Shown here in pieces: positions 1 to 12,936 of a stretch of DNA of 64,000 nt (position 1 is its first letter; each line of letters begins with the position of its first letter). The translations under genes were made by a program, and so were the position numbers. The stretch is from Heptranchias perlo. Lineage: Eukaryota. Under the pieces are notes generated by a model. It ran no database searches. It saw only the letters and a list, made by a program, of their open reading frames with translations, and was not told the origin of the DNA. The stretch spans positions 6,758,001 to 6,822,000 of the forward strand of contig NW_027139559.1 of the NCBI RefSeq assembly GCF_035084215.1, given 5' to 3'.

Positions 1-722
1 CCCCTTGACATTCAAGAGCACTACCATCACCGAATCCCCTACCATCAGCATACTAGGGTCATCATTGACCAGAAACTTAACTGGACCAGCCATATAAATA
101 CTGTGGCTACAAGAGCAGGTTAGAGTCCGGCTATTCTGCGGCAAGTGACTCACCTCCTGAGTCTCCAAAGCCTTTCAACCATCTACAAGGTCAACTCAGG
201 AGTGTGATGGAATACTCTCCACTTGACTGGATGAGTGCAACTCCAACAACACTCAAGAAGCTCGACACCATCCAGGACAAAGCAGCCCGCTTGATTGGCA
301 CCCCATCCACCACCCGAAACATTCACTCCCTCCACCATCAGCGCACCGTGGCTGCAGTGTGTACCATCCACAGGATGCACTGCAGCAACTCGCCAAGGCT
401 TCTTCGACAGCACCTCCCAAACCCACGATCTCTACCGCCTAGAAGGACGAGGGCATAAGGCACATGGGAACAACACCACCTGCACGTTCCCCTCCAAGTC
501 ACACACCCTCCCGACTTGGAAATATATCGCCGTTCCTTCAACGTCGCGGGGTCAAAATCCTGGAACTCCCTTCCTAACAGCACTGTGGGAGAACCTTCAC
601 CACACGGACTGCAGCAGTTCAAGAAGGCGGCTCACCACCACGTTCTCAAGGGCAATTAGGGATGGAAAATAAATGCTGGTCTTGCCAGTGACGCCCACAT
701 CCCATGAACGAATAAAAATAAA
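1..722 (+). mobile_element. 3' end of a non-LTR retrotransposon (CR1/L2 group LINE), decayed ORF2 C-terminus plus 3' UTR
   Basis: ORF 204-458 (MEYSPLDWMSATPTTLKKLDTIQDKAARLIG...HSLHHQRTVAAVCTIHRMHC) resembles the post-RT region of LINE ORF2. Ends in an A-rich tail at ~710-725. The same 3' UTR recurs inverted at ~6395-6610. Confidence 0.85.
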
Positions 723-729
723 ACAAAGA

Positions 730-2037
730 GTATGCGAGGCTTCAGCGCCCCAGTGACCAGGAACAAATAGTGGGCGGTGATTTCGGCTCCCAGTGAACCG
801 CAACAAATAGTGGGCGAGGCTTCAGGGCCCCACCGACCAGAAACAAAGTACGGGCGGTGTTTCAGGGCCCCAGTGACCAGGAACAAAGAGTAGTAGGGCC
901 TTCAGTGTCCCAGTGACCATGAACAAAGTATGGGCGGGGTTTCAGGGTCCCAGTAACCAGGAACACAGAATGGGCGGGGCTTCAGAGTCCCAGTGGCTCG
1001 GATCAAATAGTGGGCAGTTTTTCAGTGTCCCAGTGACCAGCAGCAAATAGTGGGCAGGGTTTCAGTGTCCCAGTGACCAGGAACAAATAGTGGGCAGGGT
1101 TTCAGTGTCGCAGTGAACAGGAACAAATAGTGGGCAGGGTTTCAGAGTCCCAGTGACCAGGAACACATATTAGGCAGGGCTTCAGGGTCCCAGTGACCGG
1201 GAACAAATTGTGGACAGAGTTTCAGTGTCCCAGTGAGCAGGAACAAATAGTAGGCAGGGTTTCAGTGTCCCAATGACCTGGCGCAAATAGTGGGCAGGGT
1301 TTCAGGGTCTCAGTGACGAGGAATAAATAGTGGCAGGGTTTCAAGGTCCCAGTGACTAGGAACAAATAGCGGGCAGCGTTTCAATGTCCCAGTGACCAGG
1401 AACAAATAGTGGCAGGGTTTCAGGGTTCCAGTGACTGGGAACAAATAGTGGGCAGGGTTTCAATGCCCCAGTGACTAGGAACAAATAGTAGGCAGGGTTT
1501 CAGGGTCCCAGTGACCAGGAACACATATTAGGCAGGGTTTCAATGTCCCAGTGACCAGGAACAAATAGTGGCAGGGTTTCAGGGTTCCAGTGACTAGGAA
1601 CAAATAGTGGGCAGGGTTTCACTGTCCCAGTGACCAGGAACAAATAGTAGGCAGGGTTTCAGGGTCCCAGTGACTAGGAACAAATAGTGGGCAGGGTTTT
1701 GGAGTCCCAGTGACCAGGGACAAATAGTGGGCAGGGTTTCAGAGACCCAGTGACCAGGAACAAATACTAGGCAAGGTTGCAGGGCCCCAGTGACCAGGAA
1801 CAAATAGTAGGCAGGGTTTCAGGGTCCCAGTGACTAGGAACAAATAGTGGGCAGGGTTTCAGAGTCCCAGGAACCAGGAACAAATAGTAGGCAGGGCTTC
1901 AGGGTCCCAGTGACCAGGAACAAATAGTAAGCAGGGTTTCAGAGTTCCAGTGACCAGGAACAAATATTAGGCAGGGCATAAGGGTCCCAGTAACCAGGAA
2001 CAAAGAGTGGGCGGGGCTTCTGCTTCCCAGTAACCTG
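730..2037. repeat. 40-bp tandem minisatellite (~32 copies)
   Basis: Unit CCCAGTGACCAGGAACAAATAGTGGGCAGGGTTTCAGGGT repeated head to tail. Confidence 0.95.
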
Positions 2038-2299
2038 GAGAGAAAATCAGTCACACATTTATTGTATTCTCACTCTGCACACAGTGGGTGTAGAACTGAA
2101 CCCAACCAGAGTAGAGCGAGGGACAGAACTGGGAGTGGAAGAGAGGAATGTTGGAGATGGTGCGATAGGTTTGGATTTCAGCACAGGGAGGAGGGAGAGT
2201 GTGTGGGACGGGGATTTACAGCTTTGGGGGAACAAGAGAGGAAACATGTTCCATAGAAACTAGAATTCTGTGTTCTGAATTCCGATCCTGTATTTACAG

Positions 2300-2910
2300 T
2301 GATGACAGGGTATTAGAAGGGGAGGATTTGCAGACGGGAAACTTAAACCAAACATCACATCAAGCTCTGACAGAGTCACTCGATTCATCAGGACCTGAAT
2401 ATCATCGGCCTTTGAATGTGGAAGAACAAATGTTTCTCTGTTCTGTCTGTGTGAAAATGTTTCAAACATCAGTGTGACTAGAAAAGCACGGAGACAAAAA
2501 CCCGAGTGAGAGTGTTGCAGTGCACTGACTGTGGGAAGAGCTTCAACCAGTTACAGAGCCGGAAAAATCATCACACCATTCACAGCGGGGAGAAGCCGTA
2601 CACGTGTTCTGTGTGGACGAGGCTTCAACCGATTGTCCCACCTGTAGAATTACAGGGACAGCCGGACCACGGAGAAGCCGTGGAAATGTGGGGTCTGCGG
2701 GAATGGATTCAATTAACCATGTGAGCTGGAAACTCATCATCAACGCAGTCACACTGGGGAGAGGCTGTTCACCTGCTCCATGTATGAGAAGAGATTCACT
2801 CAGTCATCCCACCTAGTGAAACACAAGAGAGCTAAAACTGGGGAGAGGCCGTTCACCTGCTCCGTGTGTGGGAAGAAATTCATTCATTCATCCCACGTCT
2901 CTGCACAGCC
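2300..2910 (+). pseudogene. C2H2 (Kruppel-type) zinc-finger array exon, pseudogenised
   Basis: Acceptor tttacag at 2293-2299. Motifs CSVCVKMF, CTDCGKSFNQ...[26 protein letters not shown]. In-frame stop at 2475-2477 and several frameshifts. Confidence 0.85.
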
Positions 2911-3229
2911 AGTTGACATGTGACTGCAGGGGTTGGATTCTGCTTTTATTGTTGCTGTCAATCACATTCAAGATTGAATCATGTGCATTCTGGCAGTTGG
3001 GCTATGGATCTGCTGATGTTAAGAACCCCAATAACTGGGCTAGAGTTTAATATTATGATATCGGTCAAATAAATCAGCTTTGCGTCAAACACACAGTGTG
3101 TGGAGTCCTTCATCTCTCCGGGATAAGAGGAGAATATTTGATGTCCTGTTACTCATTTCCTGATATTGAGAAGTGCAATAGTTCCAACACCACTCTCTGT
3201 TTTCTGGCCTTGACCCAACTTCCTATCCA

Positions 3230-3455
3230 TGTTGTTATGATCTGGAATTCACTGCCTGAAAGGTGGTGGAAGCAGATTCAATAGTTACTTTCAATATGGA
3301 ATTGGATAAGATGAATTTGCAGGGTTATGGGCTAAGTGGAGGAGAGTGGGGCTAATTGGATCGCTCTTTCAATGAGCCAGCACAGACACGATGGGCTGAA
3401 TGTCCTCCTTCGATGCTGCAATATTTATTTGATTCTTTCTATGATTCTATGATTC
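3230..3455 (+). mobile_element. CR1 LINE 3' terminal fragment
   Basis: VVMIWNSLPE motif, GGGCTGAATGTCCTCCTTC tail, (ATTCTATG)n end. Confidence 0.8.
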
Positions 3456-3499
3456 TACGTGCGTCTTTTCTCCTCATGCCTCTGCGTAATATCATGGCA

Positions 3500-6400
3500 C
3501 TTTTCTCTCGAGTGCTCAAGTTCGAGCTTTGTGTTGCTGGTGTCACTGCGGGGCATACGGGAGGCTTAGAATTTCCTGGATCGCACGTTTCCCGAGGTGG
3601 TCACCCCACAGCTACAGAGAGTTCAGGAGGATAGTAAGTGGGTGGCCATCCGACAGGGTAGGAAGAGGCAGGCAGTTCAGGAATCCTCCTGGAGTGTGGC
3701 GCTCAATGACCGGTTTCAGTGCTGAATACCAGTGATGGTGACGCCAACTAGGGGAATCCAATCTAGAGCACATCCACGGCACCGTGGGGCAAAGGACTAC
3801 ACAGTGGTGGGGTGGGGGGGCACAGCCATGTATAGAAATGCACACAAATGATAGGTGATTGATAGTCAGTGGGATAGTCAGGCGTTTCTGCAACCGCCGA
3901 CATGAGTCCTGCAGAGTGCTGTCTCCCCGGTCCCAGGGTAATGGACGTCAGGGAGTGGTTGCAGAAGATTACGCGTCGGGGAAGGGGAACAGCCAGAAGT
4001 CGTGGTCCATGTTGCAATCAATGATATGGGAAGGAATGGGGTTGAGTTCCTGCACACAGAGTTTCAGGAGCGAGGGAGGAAGTTAAAGAGCGGGACCTCA
4101 TGTGTGATAATCCATGGATTACTCCCAATGCCACGTGCTGATGGGTATCGGACCAATGTTCTCGTGAAGTGTTTAACTGGTGCTCTGGGTGAGGATTTAA
4201 ACTAAATTGGCAGGAGGAGGGGCACAAGGATAAAGAATTAGAGAGGAGAAACAAGGTGCATAGAGGACTGGGAAAGTCAAACAGCATTAGCATAAAGAGT
4301 ATTTCAGAAATTGGAGGGAGCATACAGGGGGCAACGTGAGGCAGACTAAGATGAGTTTTGAGTGCATGTGCGTAAATGCACGGAGCGTGGTAAATTCAGT
4401 TCGTAAGCTGCAGACGCAAATTACCACGTGGGATTATGAAATAGTTGCAATTTGGAGGCCTGGCTCATATATATCAACTTAATATTTCTGGCTACAAGGT
4501 ATTCAGGACAGGTAGGGAAGGAAGACTAGGAGACAGGGTGAGGGGGCAGGGTTGATCAGTGATATTGTTACAGAACTGGAAAGGGGTGATATAGCAGAGG
4601 GTTCAAAGACAGAAACTATTTGGTTAGTATTGAGGAAAAAAGAGAAGATATTACGATCCTGGGTGTCTCCTGTCGGCCAAAAAGTCGTGGGAAGGAGATA
4701 GAGGAACAAATCTGCAGGCAAGTTGCAGAAAGGTGCAAGAAATATAGAGTAGTGACAATGGGGGACTTCAATTATCTAAGTTTCGTCTGCGAAAGTAACC
4801 GTGTAAAGGGAAAAGAGGGGGATGAATTTCTGAAATGTGTACAAGAGAACTTTTTGACCAGTATGTTTCCAATCCAATGATGAAGGAAGCAGTGATGGAT
4901 CTAGTACTGGGGAAGGGATTGACGCAAATGGACCATGTTTCAGTGGGGGAGGATTTGGGAAACAGTGTTCATAATATCAAGAGGTACTTATGAAAAATGA
5001 CAACGAACATCAAATGTGAAAATACTCAACTGGAGGAGGGCTCATTTCAGCGAGTTGAAAGGGGACTGGACACGTTCCCACTGGGGGAATGGGGAAGCAT
5101 CAAAAGCTAGAAATAGATGATTAAGGATATAGCGACTAAAAAGAAACATAAATAGGAGGCTGATCATAAATGTTAGGCTCATAATACAGTGGAGAATCAA
5201 GCTGAATACAGGAAGTACAGAGAAGAACTGAAAAAGGAAATAAGACGGGCAAAGAATATGTATAAGAATAGATTACCGGGTAACATAAAGTGGAACCCAA
5301 AAGTCTATTCTAAACATGTAAATAGTAAAAGGATAGTCAAAGGAAGGTTGGGGCCGATTCGGGAAAACGAGATCTTCTTGTGGAGTCCGAAGGCATGGCT
5401 GAAGTACTAAATGAGGAATTTGCATCTGTCCTCACCAAAGAAGAGGATGCTGCCTATGTCACAGTACAGGCGGAGGTAGCAGAGCAATTTGAAAGGATAA
5501 AAATAGATAATGAGGAGGTACTTAAAAGGTTGGCAGCGCTCAAAGTAGAAAAGTTACCCGGTCCAGAGGGGATGCATTCTAATTTGTTGAGGGAAGTAAG
5601 GGTGGAAATTGCGGAGGCTCTGGCCACAATCTTCCAATCTTCCTTAGATATGGAGGCGGTGCGGGAGGACTGGGGGATTACAAATGTTACACCCCTGTTC
5701 AAAAAATGGAAGAGGGATAAACCTGGCAACTACAGACCAGTCAGTATAACTTCGGTGGTGGGGAAAGATTCAGAGAGAATAATTGGAGACAAATTTAATT
5801 TTCATTTGGAAAAAGCATGGGCGAATAAATGACAGCCAGCATGGATTAGTTAATAGAAAATTGTGTTTTACTAAATTGATGAAGTTCTTTGATGAAGTAA
5901 TGGAGAGGGTTGAGGAAGGTCGTACAGTTAATGTTGTGTATATGAACGTTCAAAAGGCATTTGATAAAGTGCCACGTCATAGACCTTTTGCAAAATTAAA
6001 TCCATTGGATTAAACGGGCAGTGGCAGCTTGAATAAGAAATTGGCTAAGGGACAGAAAGCAAAGAGTAGTGGTGAAATATTGTTTTTCAGACTGCAGCGA
6101 AATATATCGTGGTGTTCCCCAGGGGTCGGTAATATGACCACTGCAGTTTTTGATATATATTGATGACCTGCACTTGGGTATAGAGGGTATAATTTCAAAG
6201 TTTGCAGATGACACAAAACTCGGAAATGTAATAAACAGTGAGGAGGATAGTAACAGACTTCAGGAGGACATAGATAAACGGGTCAAATGGGCAGACACAT
6301 GGCAGATGAAATCTAACGCGGAGAAATGTGAGGGGGTGTAGTTTGGTAGGAAGAATGAGAATAGGTGATATATATATATAAATATATATATATTCGTTCA

Positions 6401-6710
6401 TGGGATGTGGGCATCGCTGACAAGGCCAGCATTATTGCCCATCCCTAATTGCCCTTGAGAAGGTGTTTGTGAGCCGCCTTCTTGAACCGCTGCAGTCCGT
6501 GTGGTGAAGGTTCTCCCACAGTGCTGTTAGGAAGGGAGTTCAAGGATTTTGACCCAGCGACGATAAAGGAACTGCGATATATTTCCAAGTCCGGATGGTG
6601 TATGACTTGATACAAATGGTTCACCTTTAAAGGTGGTGCAGGAACAGAGAGACCTGGGGTGCACGTACACAAATCTTTGAAGGTGACAGGGCAAGTTGAG
6701 AAGGATGCGC
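3500..6710 (+). mobile_element. Long decayed CR1 LINE: esterase-like ORF1 remnant plus ORF2 (AP endonuclease and reverse transcriptase)
   Basis: ORF1-like VVVHVAINDMGR...LLPMPRA at ~4000-4140. Endonuclease MGDFNY at ~4760. RT motifs PGNYRPVSITS, QKAFDKVP, YIDDL, ISKFADDTKLG. Multiple stops and frameshifts; interrupted at ~6395-6610. Confidence 0.88.
6395..6612 (-). mobile_element. LINE 3' UTR fragment (same family as 1-722) nested in CR1
   Basis: Reverse complement of ~505-710 (TTCTCAAGGGCAATTAGGGATGG...CACATCCCATGAACGAA). Confidence 0.8.
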
Positions 6711-7379
6711 AGTCAAAGGGTCTCCACACCTGCCATATTCCTATTCCTGCTCCCTAATGTAAAGCAGTCACACAAGTATGTGGCCCTAGATTCTTCGAAA
6801 CATTCTAAACTCATATTATTAGAGACATAAACGTCTTCCAGTTGCGTTAATATATTTAGTTCTTCAATGAATCGTGTGTCGAAGTGCACACTCCTGGCGA
6901 GACACCTGAGAGCTGCGTTTTGATAACCCGACGCCGACCCGGAAGCAGGTTCCGATCTCTGAAGGGAAATGATGAACCAATTGGATCTTTGTGACAATCC
7001 GGCAATTTTTTTTTGCATATTCTTTTCCAAGATTATTATCTTTAGCTTTCCAACTCGCAATGATATAATTGGACCTCACTGCCTCTGATTTCTAGTTCCC
7101 GATATTAATAAAGTACACAACACGGATTTAATTACAATACAGTAGTAGGACAGGCCTGAATATCCTCAATTTAAAACATGAATTAAATTATTTCAAAGAC
7201 AGTCTGACTTCGTAATATGAGGTCCTGATATCACTGTAATAGTATATTGTTAACGTGTGCATTTTTAACTTTCAGTTAACACCCTGCTGCATTTCCTATG
7301 CCCTATGCAAGGGTATTCGATATTTAGGCAGGACAGGCAAAAAGGAAATGGAGGTGGGGTGGCGTTGTTAGTAAAGGAG

Positions 7380-8372
7380 GCCGGTTGAGGCCGTCCTCAT
7401 GGGTGCGGAACTTGGCTATCAATTTCTGCTCGACGATTTTGCGTTGTCGTGTGTCTCGAAGGCCGCCTTGGAGAACGCTTACCCGAAGGTCGGTGGCTGA
7501 ATGTCCATGACTGCTGAAGTGTTCCCCGACTGGGAGGGAGCCCTCCTGTCTGGTGTCGTGGTCGCTGTTCTCCTGAAAGCTGGGTAATTTGCTGCGAACG
7601 ATTTTCAGGAGAACAGCGTCCACGACACCACACAACCCTGCCACGACACCCTCTGCAAGACATGCCAGATCATCGACACAGATACCACCATCACACGAGA
7701 GGACACCACCCACCGGGTACATGGTTCATACTCCTGTGACTCGGCCAACTTTGTCTACCTCATACGTTGCAGGAAAGGATGCCCCGGAGCATGGTACATT
7801 GGCGAGACCATGCAGACACTGCGACAACGGATGAACGGACACCGCGCAACAATCGCCAGACAGGAGGGTTCCCTCCCAGTCGGGGAACACTTCAGCAGTC
7901 AAGGACATTCAGCCACCGATCTTCGGGTAAGCGTTCTCCAAGGCGGCCTTCGAGACACACGACAACGCAAAATCGTCGAGCAGAAATTGATAGCCAAGTT
8001 CTGCACCCATGAGGACGGCCTCAACCTGGATCTTGGGTTCATGTCACGCTACACATAACCCCACCAGCGGGAAAAAAAGTTATCTGTTTTTAATACAACT
8101 GGACATTCTCTCTCTCTCTGCCTTTCGGGTCTCTTTCTCTCTTTGTCTGTGTAAACTGACCCATTGTGTATTCAGTATACTGGGATGTAATGTTTTCCGT
8201 GGCTAACCTGTCTGAACACCAACGACACCTTTGATTGCTGTGACCGTCTCCCAGCCTAATATATGCTATGCGATTTTAGAACCTCACTCACCTGACGAAG
8301 GAGGTAAGCTCCGAAAGCTTGTGATTAATTAAATAAAACTGTTGGACTATAACCTGGTGTTGTAAGATTGCT
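7380..8372 (+). mobile_element. Penelope-like element: GIY-YIG endonuclease C-terminus with an inverted 5' copy and 3' terminal repeat
   Basis: SANFVYLIRCRKGCPGAWYIGETMQTLRQRMNGHR...VGEHFS...EQKLIAKF.THEDGLN at ~7720-8058. 7380-7555 is an inverted copy of ~7855-8025, which is typical of PLE structure. Confidence 0.9.
8288..8324 (+). ncRNA. Minimal type I hammerhead ribozyme motif (PLE-associated)
   Basis: TCAC-CTGACGA-A-GGAG(GTAAG)CTCC-GAAA-GCTT-GTGA: CUGANGA/GAAA core, stem II, stem I and palindromic AAGCTT stem III. Confidence 0.7.
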
Positions 8373-8374
8373 TA

Positions 8375-8958
8375 CAGTTGCAGTTATACAGGACCTTGGT
8401 GAAACCACACCTGGAGTATTGTGTGCAGTTTTGGCCTCCTGACCTAAGAAATGATACACTTGACACAGAGGGAGTGCAGCGAAGGTTCACCAGACTGATT
8501 CCTGGGATGGCAGTACTGTCGTATGAGGAGAGATTGAGTCGACTCAGATTGTATTCACTCAAGTTTAGAAAAATGAGAGGGGATCTCATGGAAACAAATA
8601 AAATTCTGAGTGGGCTCGAGAGACTGGATGCAGGGAGGATGTTTCTCTGTCTGTGCGGTTTAGAATGAAGGGGTCACAATCTCAGGATATGAGGTAGGAC
8701 ATTTAGGACTGAGATGAGGAGAAATTTCTTCACTCAGAGGGTGGTGAACCTGTGAATTCTCCACCACAGAAGGCTGTGGAGGCCAAGTCAATATTTAAGA
8801 AGGAGCTCGATAGATTTCTTGACACAAAAGTCATCAAAGGGTATGTGGAGAGAGCGGCAATATGGTATTGAGATCGACGATCAGCCATGATCATATTAAG
8901 CAAGCTAGAAGGGCCGATTGACCTAATCCTGCTGCTATTTTCTATGTTTCTATGTTTC
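8375..8958 (+). mobile_element. CR1 LINE 3' fragment
   Basis: [17 protein letters not shown]...RRFTRLIPG...RGDL motifs; (TTCTATGT)n tail. Confidence 0.88.
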
Positions 8959-10004
8959 TTTTTTTCCCACATACGAAATTCTGTGTTTTTTTTCCGAACG
9001 TTGGCTCCACCAGTTCTGAAAGCACGCCTGGTCCGCACGGTTCCTATGGCTACATGTATTCTGTCTATTCTCGGTGTGATTGAATTATGCATTGGGACTC
9101 AGGAGTCCAAATTCATTGGTTTACACCTCCCTCCTTTGCCAATTGCATTGAGTCACATGTCAGGAACCCTCGCATGTATGACGCATGACACTAATTATAT
9201 TCTCAGGCCTTGCAACGGCACCAACGCCACCTCATTAATCCAGTCCGGTATGGTATTGTTCCGTTACATTTTATGAGCAGTTGGGAAATGTCCCCTTTCA
9301 TGAGAAGTTCTTAGTGTTTCCGAAAAGTACTTTTATCTTACAATGAAGACTGGTTGTGACCAGTCAGTCGAACTCCAGCGTTAAAGTGAGAAACTACGGA
9401 GGCTCACGGCCCTTTCTGAAATTGGGCACTCAATCTAACTGGACACACTGGCGCAGTACTGAGAGAGTGCTGCATTGCCACAGGACTTTTTGATCAGACG
9501 TTAAACCGAGGCCCAGTAAAAGGTGGACAGACAAGTTCCTATTGGGGTAGATCAGAGATTCCCTCCCCACCTCGCAAATACCGAAACAGGATAGCTGGTC
9601 ATTCATCTTAAAGTTTACATCATTAAAGCAATAGATAATATAGAAATGTATAAAGTGGTCACATGGAAGTGTCGGTGTGTCGCCCTCAGTGATACGGGCG
9701 CCAGCTCCCCAAGGGAACAAAGTACTGACATGATTCTCTGAGGAGCTTATAACATCTGCAACAATTCTATCCTAATCCTACACTTAATACATTCTCACTG
9801 GCAGTATCACTGTCCGTGCTGATCTATAGCCTGGAGATTACAGTTAGCTATATATTTATATATAATATATCATTCAAAAGTTTTCAATTAAAGGACATCG
9901 TTTCATACAGAGAATATGCAATCCTATATGGCTCATAATACTTGCAGGTAGATGCAGCGGGATTGAGCTGGTATATAGTTATAGAGTTCCAAATATTCGA
10001 GTGG

Positions 10005-10460
10005 GATGCGCTCGGTGATGGGCCTGGAGTGCACTGATGTGTTAGATGTCGCTGGGAAGGGGGATGTGAGTGATTGGGACAGATTAGTCAGCGGCAGGAC
10101 CTGATCAATGTCCTGCGGGGCGCTCGGTGATGGGCCGGGAGTCTACTGATGTGTTAAGGGTTGGTGGGAAGGGGGAATGTGAGGGGCTGGAACAGATTAG
10201 TCAGTGGCAGGACCTGGTCAATGTCCTGCAGGGTGCTCGGTGATGGGCCGGGAGTGTACTGATGTGTTAAGAGTTGGTGGGAAGGGGGAATGTGAGGGGC
10301 TGGAACAGATTAGTCAGCGGCAGGACCTGGTCAATGTCCTGCAGGGTGCTCGTTGATGGGCCGGGAGTCTACTGATGTGTAAATTGATGCTGTGAAGTGG
10401 GATGTGAGTGATTGGGACAGATTGGGTCGGCGGCAGGAACTGATCAATGTCTCGCAGGGC
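10005..10460. repeat. ~113-bp tandem repeat, 4 copies
   Basis: GCTCGGTGATGGGCC...ACTGATGTGTT...GGGAAGGGGGA...ACAGATTAGTCAGCGGCAGGACCTGATCAATGTCC recurring at ~10010, 10122, 10235, 10348. Confidence 0.9.
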
Positions 10461-10904
10461 GCAGAGGAATTACAATGATATCGCTGCCAAAAATACCACC
10501 AACACTCCGAATGACATTTCCTTCATTCTCAACTCCACTGACATGCTGTGAAATATAAGCAGCCGATTTATTGAATCAGGTGTCTCTTCCCCGGTGACTC
10601 TCACCTGTTTATTACCAGGTAGTCATTTCAGTTCTCCTGACCCTGTACCAGTGGACATTTTGTCCTTTTCAAACAACACTGTACGCTGCCACCTGCAATG
10701 ATTTGGTTGTCGAAAACAAATATCTCAGTTCATTAATAATGTTTCCACACTTGAAACGGGCAATGAGCCTTTAAAGCATTGATCATTTGTGAAAGTCCTG
10801 CATAGTACAGCTCGGTACACAAAGGAAGCAAGCCAATTTCTTCAAACAGCGACTCCATGGTGGATATTACTGACTGTTAACACTCGACACCAAGTACTGG
10901 CAGC

Positions 10905-11362
10905 AAAGTGTCAGCCGTGACTCTCTCACCCCTGGGGCAGAAGGTCATGGGTTTACTTCCTACTCCAGAGACTTGAGCTAAATACCCAGGCTCACCCTAC
11001 CATGCAGTACTGAGGGAGTGCTGCACTGTCAGAGGTGCCGTCTTTCGAATATGATGTTAAATCCAGGCCACATCTGCCCTCTAAGTTGGACGTCAAAGAT
11101 CCCAAAGCATTATTTCGAAGAAGAGCAGAGGAGTTCCCTCCGGTGTCCTGACAAATATATTTCCCTCAACCAGCATCACTAAAACAGATGACCTGGTCAT
11201 TATCACATTGCTGTTTGTGGGATCTTGCTGTGCGCAATTAGCTGCCGAATTTCCTACATTACAACAGTGGCTACACTTGAAAAAAAGTATTTAATTGGCT
11301 GGAAAGCGCTTTGGGTCGCCCTGAAGTCGTGAACAGCGCTACATAAATGCAAATCTTTCCTT
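10905..11362 (+). mobile_element. tRNA-derived SINE, SacSINE1/DeuSINE-like
   Basis: CAGTACTGAGGGAGTGCTGCACTGTCAGAGG head region, central TTGCTGTTTGTGGGATCTTGCTGTGCGC block and AAAGCGCTTTGGG...ATAAATGCAAATCTTTCC tail. Confidence 0.8.
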
Positions 11363-11855
11363 AGACGCTTTTCAATAACATTTAGCACATGCCTGACAGC
11401 ATTGATATCATAACCAGTAGCATTTGCATTATTCTCAAAACCAATCACCACTGAAATAAGCATTGATTTTCATACCTTTTAGAATTTAACCCTATCAAAG
11501 AGCATTAATCTATCCCTGAGATCAATGCAATAAAAGCAAGGACTTTAATCCATATGAATCAGGATTAATCCCATTCATACTTTTCCTGGCGCATCCCATT
11601 CATCCCTGCTCCTAGCATTGCCGATATTCATACCAACATTCGCTAAACTATCTCCTCAGTCTCTCACAATATTGTTTGGTCCATTTGTCGATTTTGCCAT
11701 TTTTAAACATATGGAGCTTTCTGCAGATTTCAGACTTGATATCATTATATTGCACCTTTCGCTGTTTCCTGATCATCTCAATCCACCCCCTCCAAGTTTA
11801 CATGGTTCAGAAGAAATATGACTAAAACTATCAATTTTGGTTGCAGCTGTTTGAA

Positions 11856-12936
11856 CCGCTCAACACGGGCGGGTTCGCCCCGAATTTACATAATGACTTA
11901 TGTTTTCATGTCTGCAGGAAATCAGAACTAAGAAGTCTGTCACAAGTGTTGCCTCACCCAAAAACGCCATTTATTAATTCAATTTGTAAACTAATCGATT
12001 AAGCTGAAGTGAGATCAGTTAATGGACAGACAGCAAGAGTTGTTAATATGTGGCCTCACCTGTGTGTCGTCAAGTACAAAGCCTGATTTAAGATCTAAGC
12101 TTTCGGCCGAAGTCCTTGTTATTTTGCTGCAAAACAGCACTCAGCTCGCAAAATGCAGGTCAATGGCCCATAACTGAGCACAGGTCCCATACCATTCATC
12201 TGTAGCGTCTCGTTATCTTGTGACCTGCAGCCGAATAAAAAAAAGAACTGCTGCCGAGAAACATTTCAAATGTTGGGTCGTGGCTCTGCTGTGCGATTTG
12301 TTTGCAGCGCTTTGACCTGTTTTCCAAGGTGATACATATTTTAATAATCATCAGTCTGTGCTTCACATCATTAAAACTGACCGATCTGTTTTTAGACACT
12401 TGCTGAATAACATCGAATCGGTTTAGCTCCGAAATATTTGATGCACTTTTCGCAATCATTTCCCACGAAGAAACTGCAGACCCGAGCTGTTTAACAGACG
12501 GCTACTTATCTCTGAAATTATTTGCTCTTAAACATGTACTCGCTTTAAGATCTGATCCTGGTTGAAAAGTTGTAAGAGGAACTGAAACAGCAGGATTTGG
12601 GCCCGGATCTCCCCCTCTCAGCCATAACTTGAAATGTGTATCTTCCATACAGCTTAAAGCCCACTTACTTTAAACCTCGTGATAAGGAGAGAGAATAGAA
12701 TAGCTTTCGATAAATGACATAATCTTATTCCGTATGTATCGCAAGCCGATTGTATTTTAATAAGTTGAGGAGGTTGTTCTGGACGGTGATTGATGCGAGG
12801 AACAGATGATGTTGAAGTAATGAGGTAATGGCGACAACGCACAACGAACGAGTCAGTTCCTTGTTTTAGTTCCCTAACGATACGAAAACGTCAAGCTATA
12901 AGTGGCACCGGGGCGAACCCCGCCTGTGTGTTGCGG
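11856..12936. mobile_element. Non-autonomous DNA transposon with ~27-bp imperfect TIRs and 4-bp TSD TGAA (piggyBac-like geometry)
   Basis: Left end CCGCTCAACACGGGCGGGTTCGCCCCG; right end reverse complement CCGCAACACACAGGCGGGGTTCGCCCCG. TGAA at 11852-11855 and 12937-12940. No transposase recognised. Confidence 0.6.

Noticed and set aside
730-2037. CRISPR-like appearance of regular repeats (also other arrays in the window)
   Set aside because: Head-to-tail tandem units without unique spacers, vertebrate context and no cas genes.
8960-9276. ORF with a signal-peptide-like stretch (MATCILSILGVIELCIG)
   Set aside because: The ORF begins in a LINE tail and has no recognisable family, promoter or splice support. 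It remains unexplained unique sequence but cannot be called.
10575-10710. Ig-like words (VTLTCL on plus, VHWYR on minus)
   Set aside because: Isolated short motifs on opposite strands with nearby stops; no full domain.
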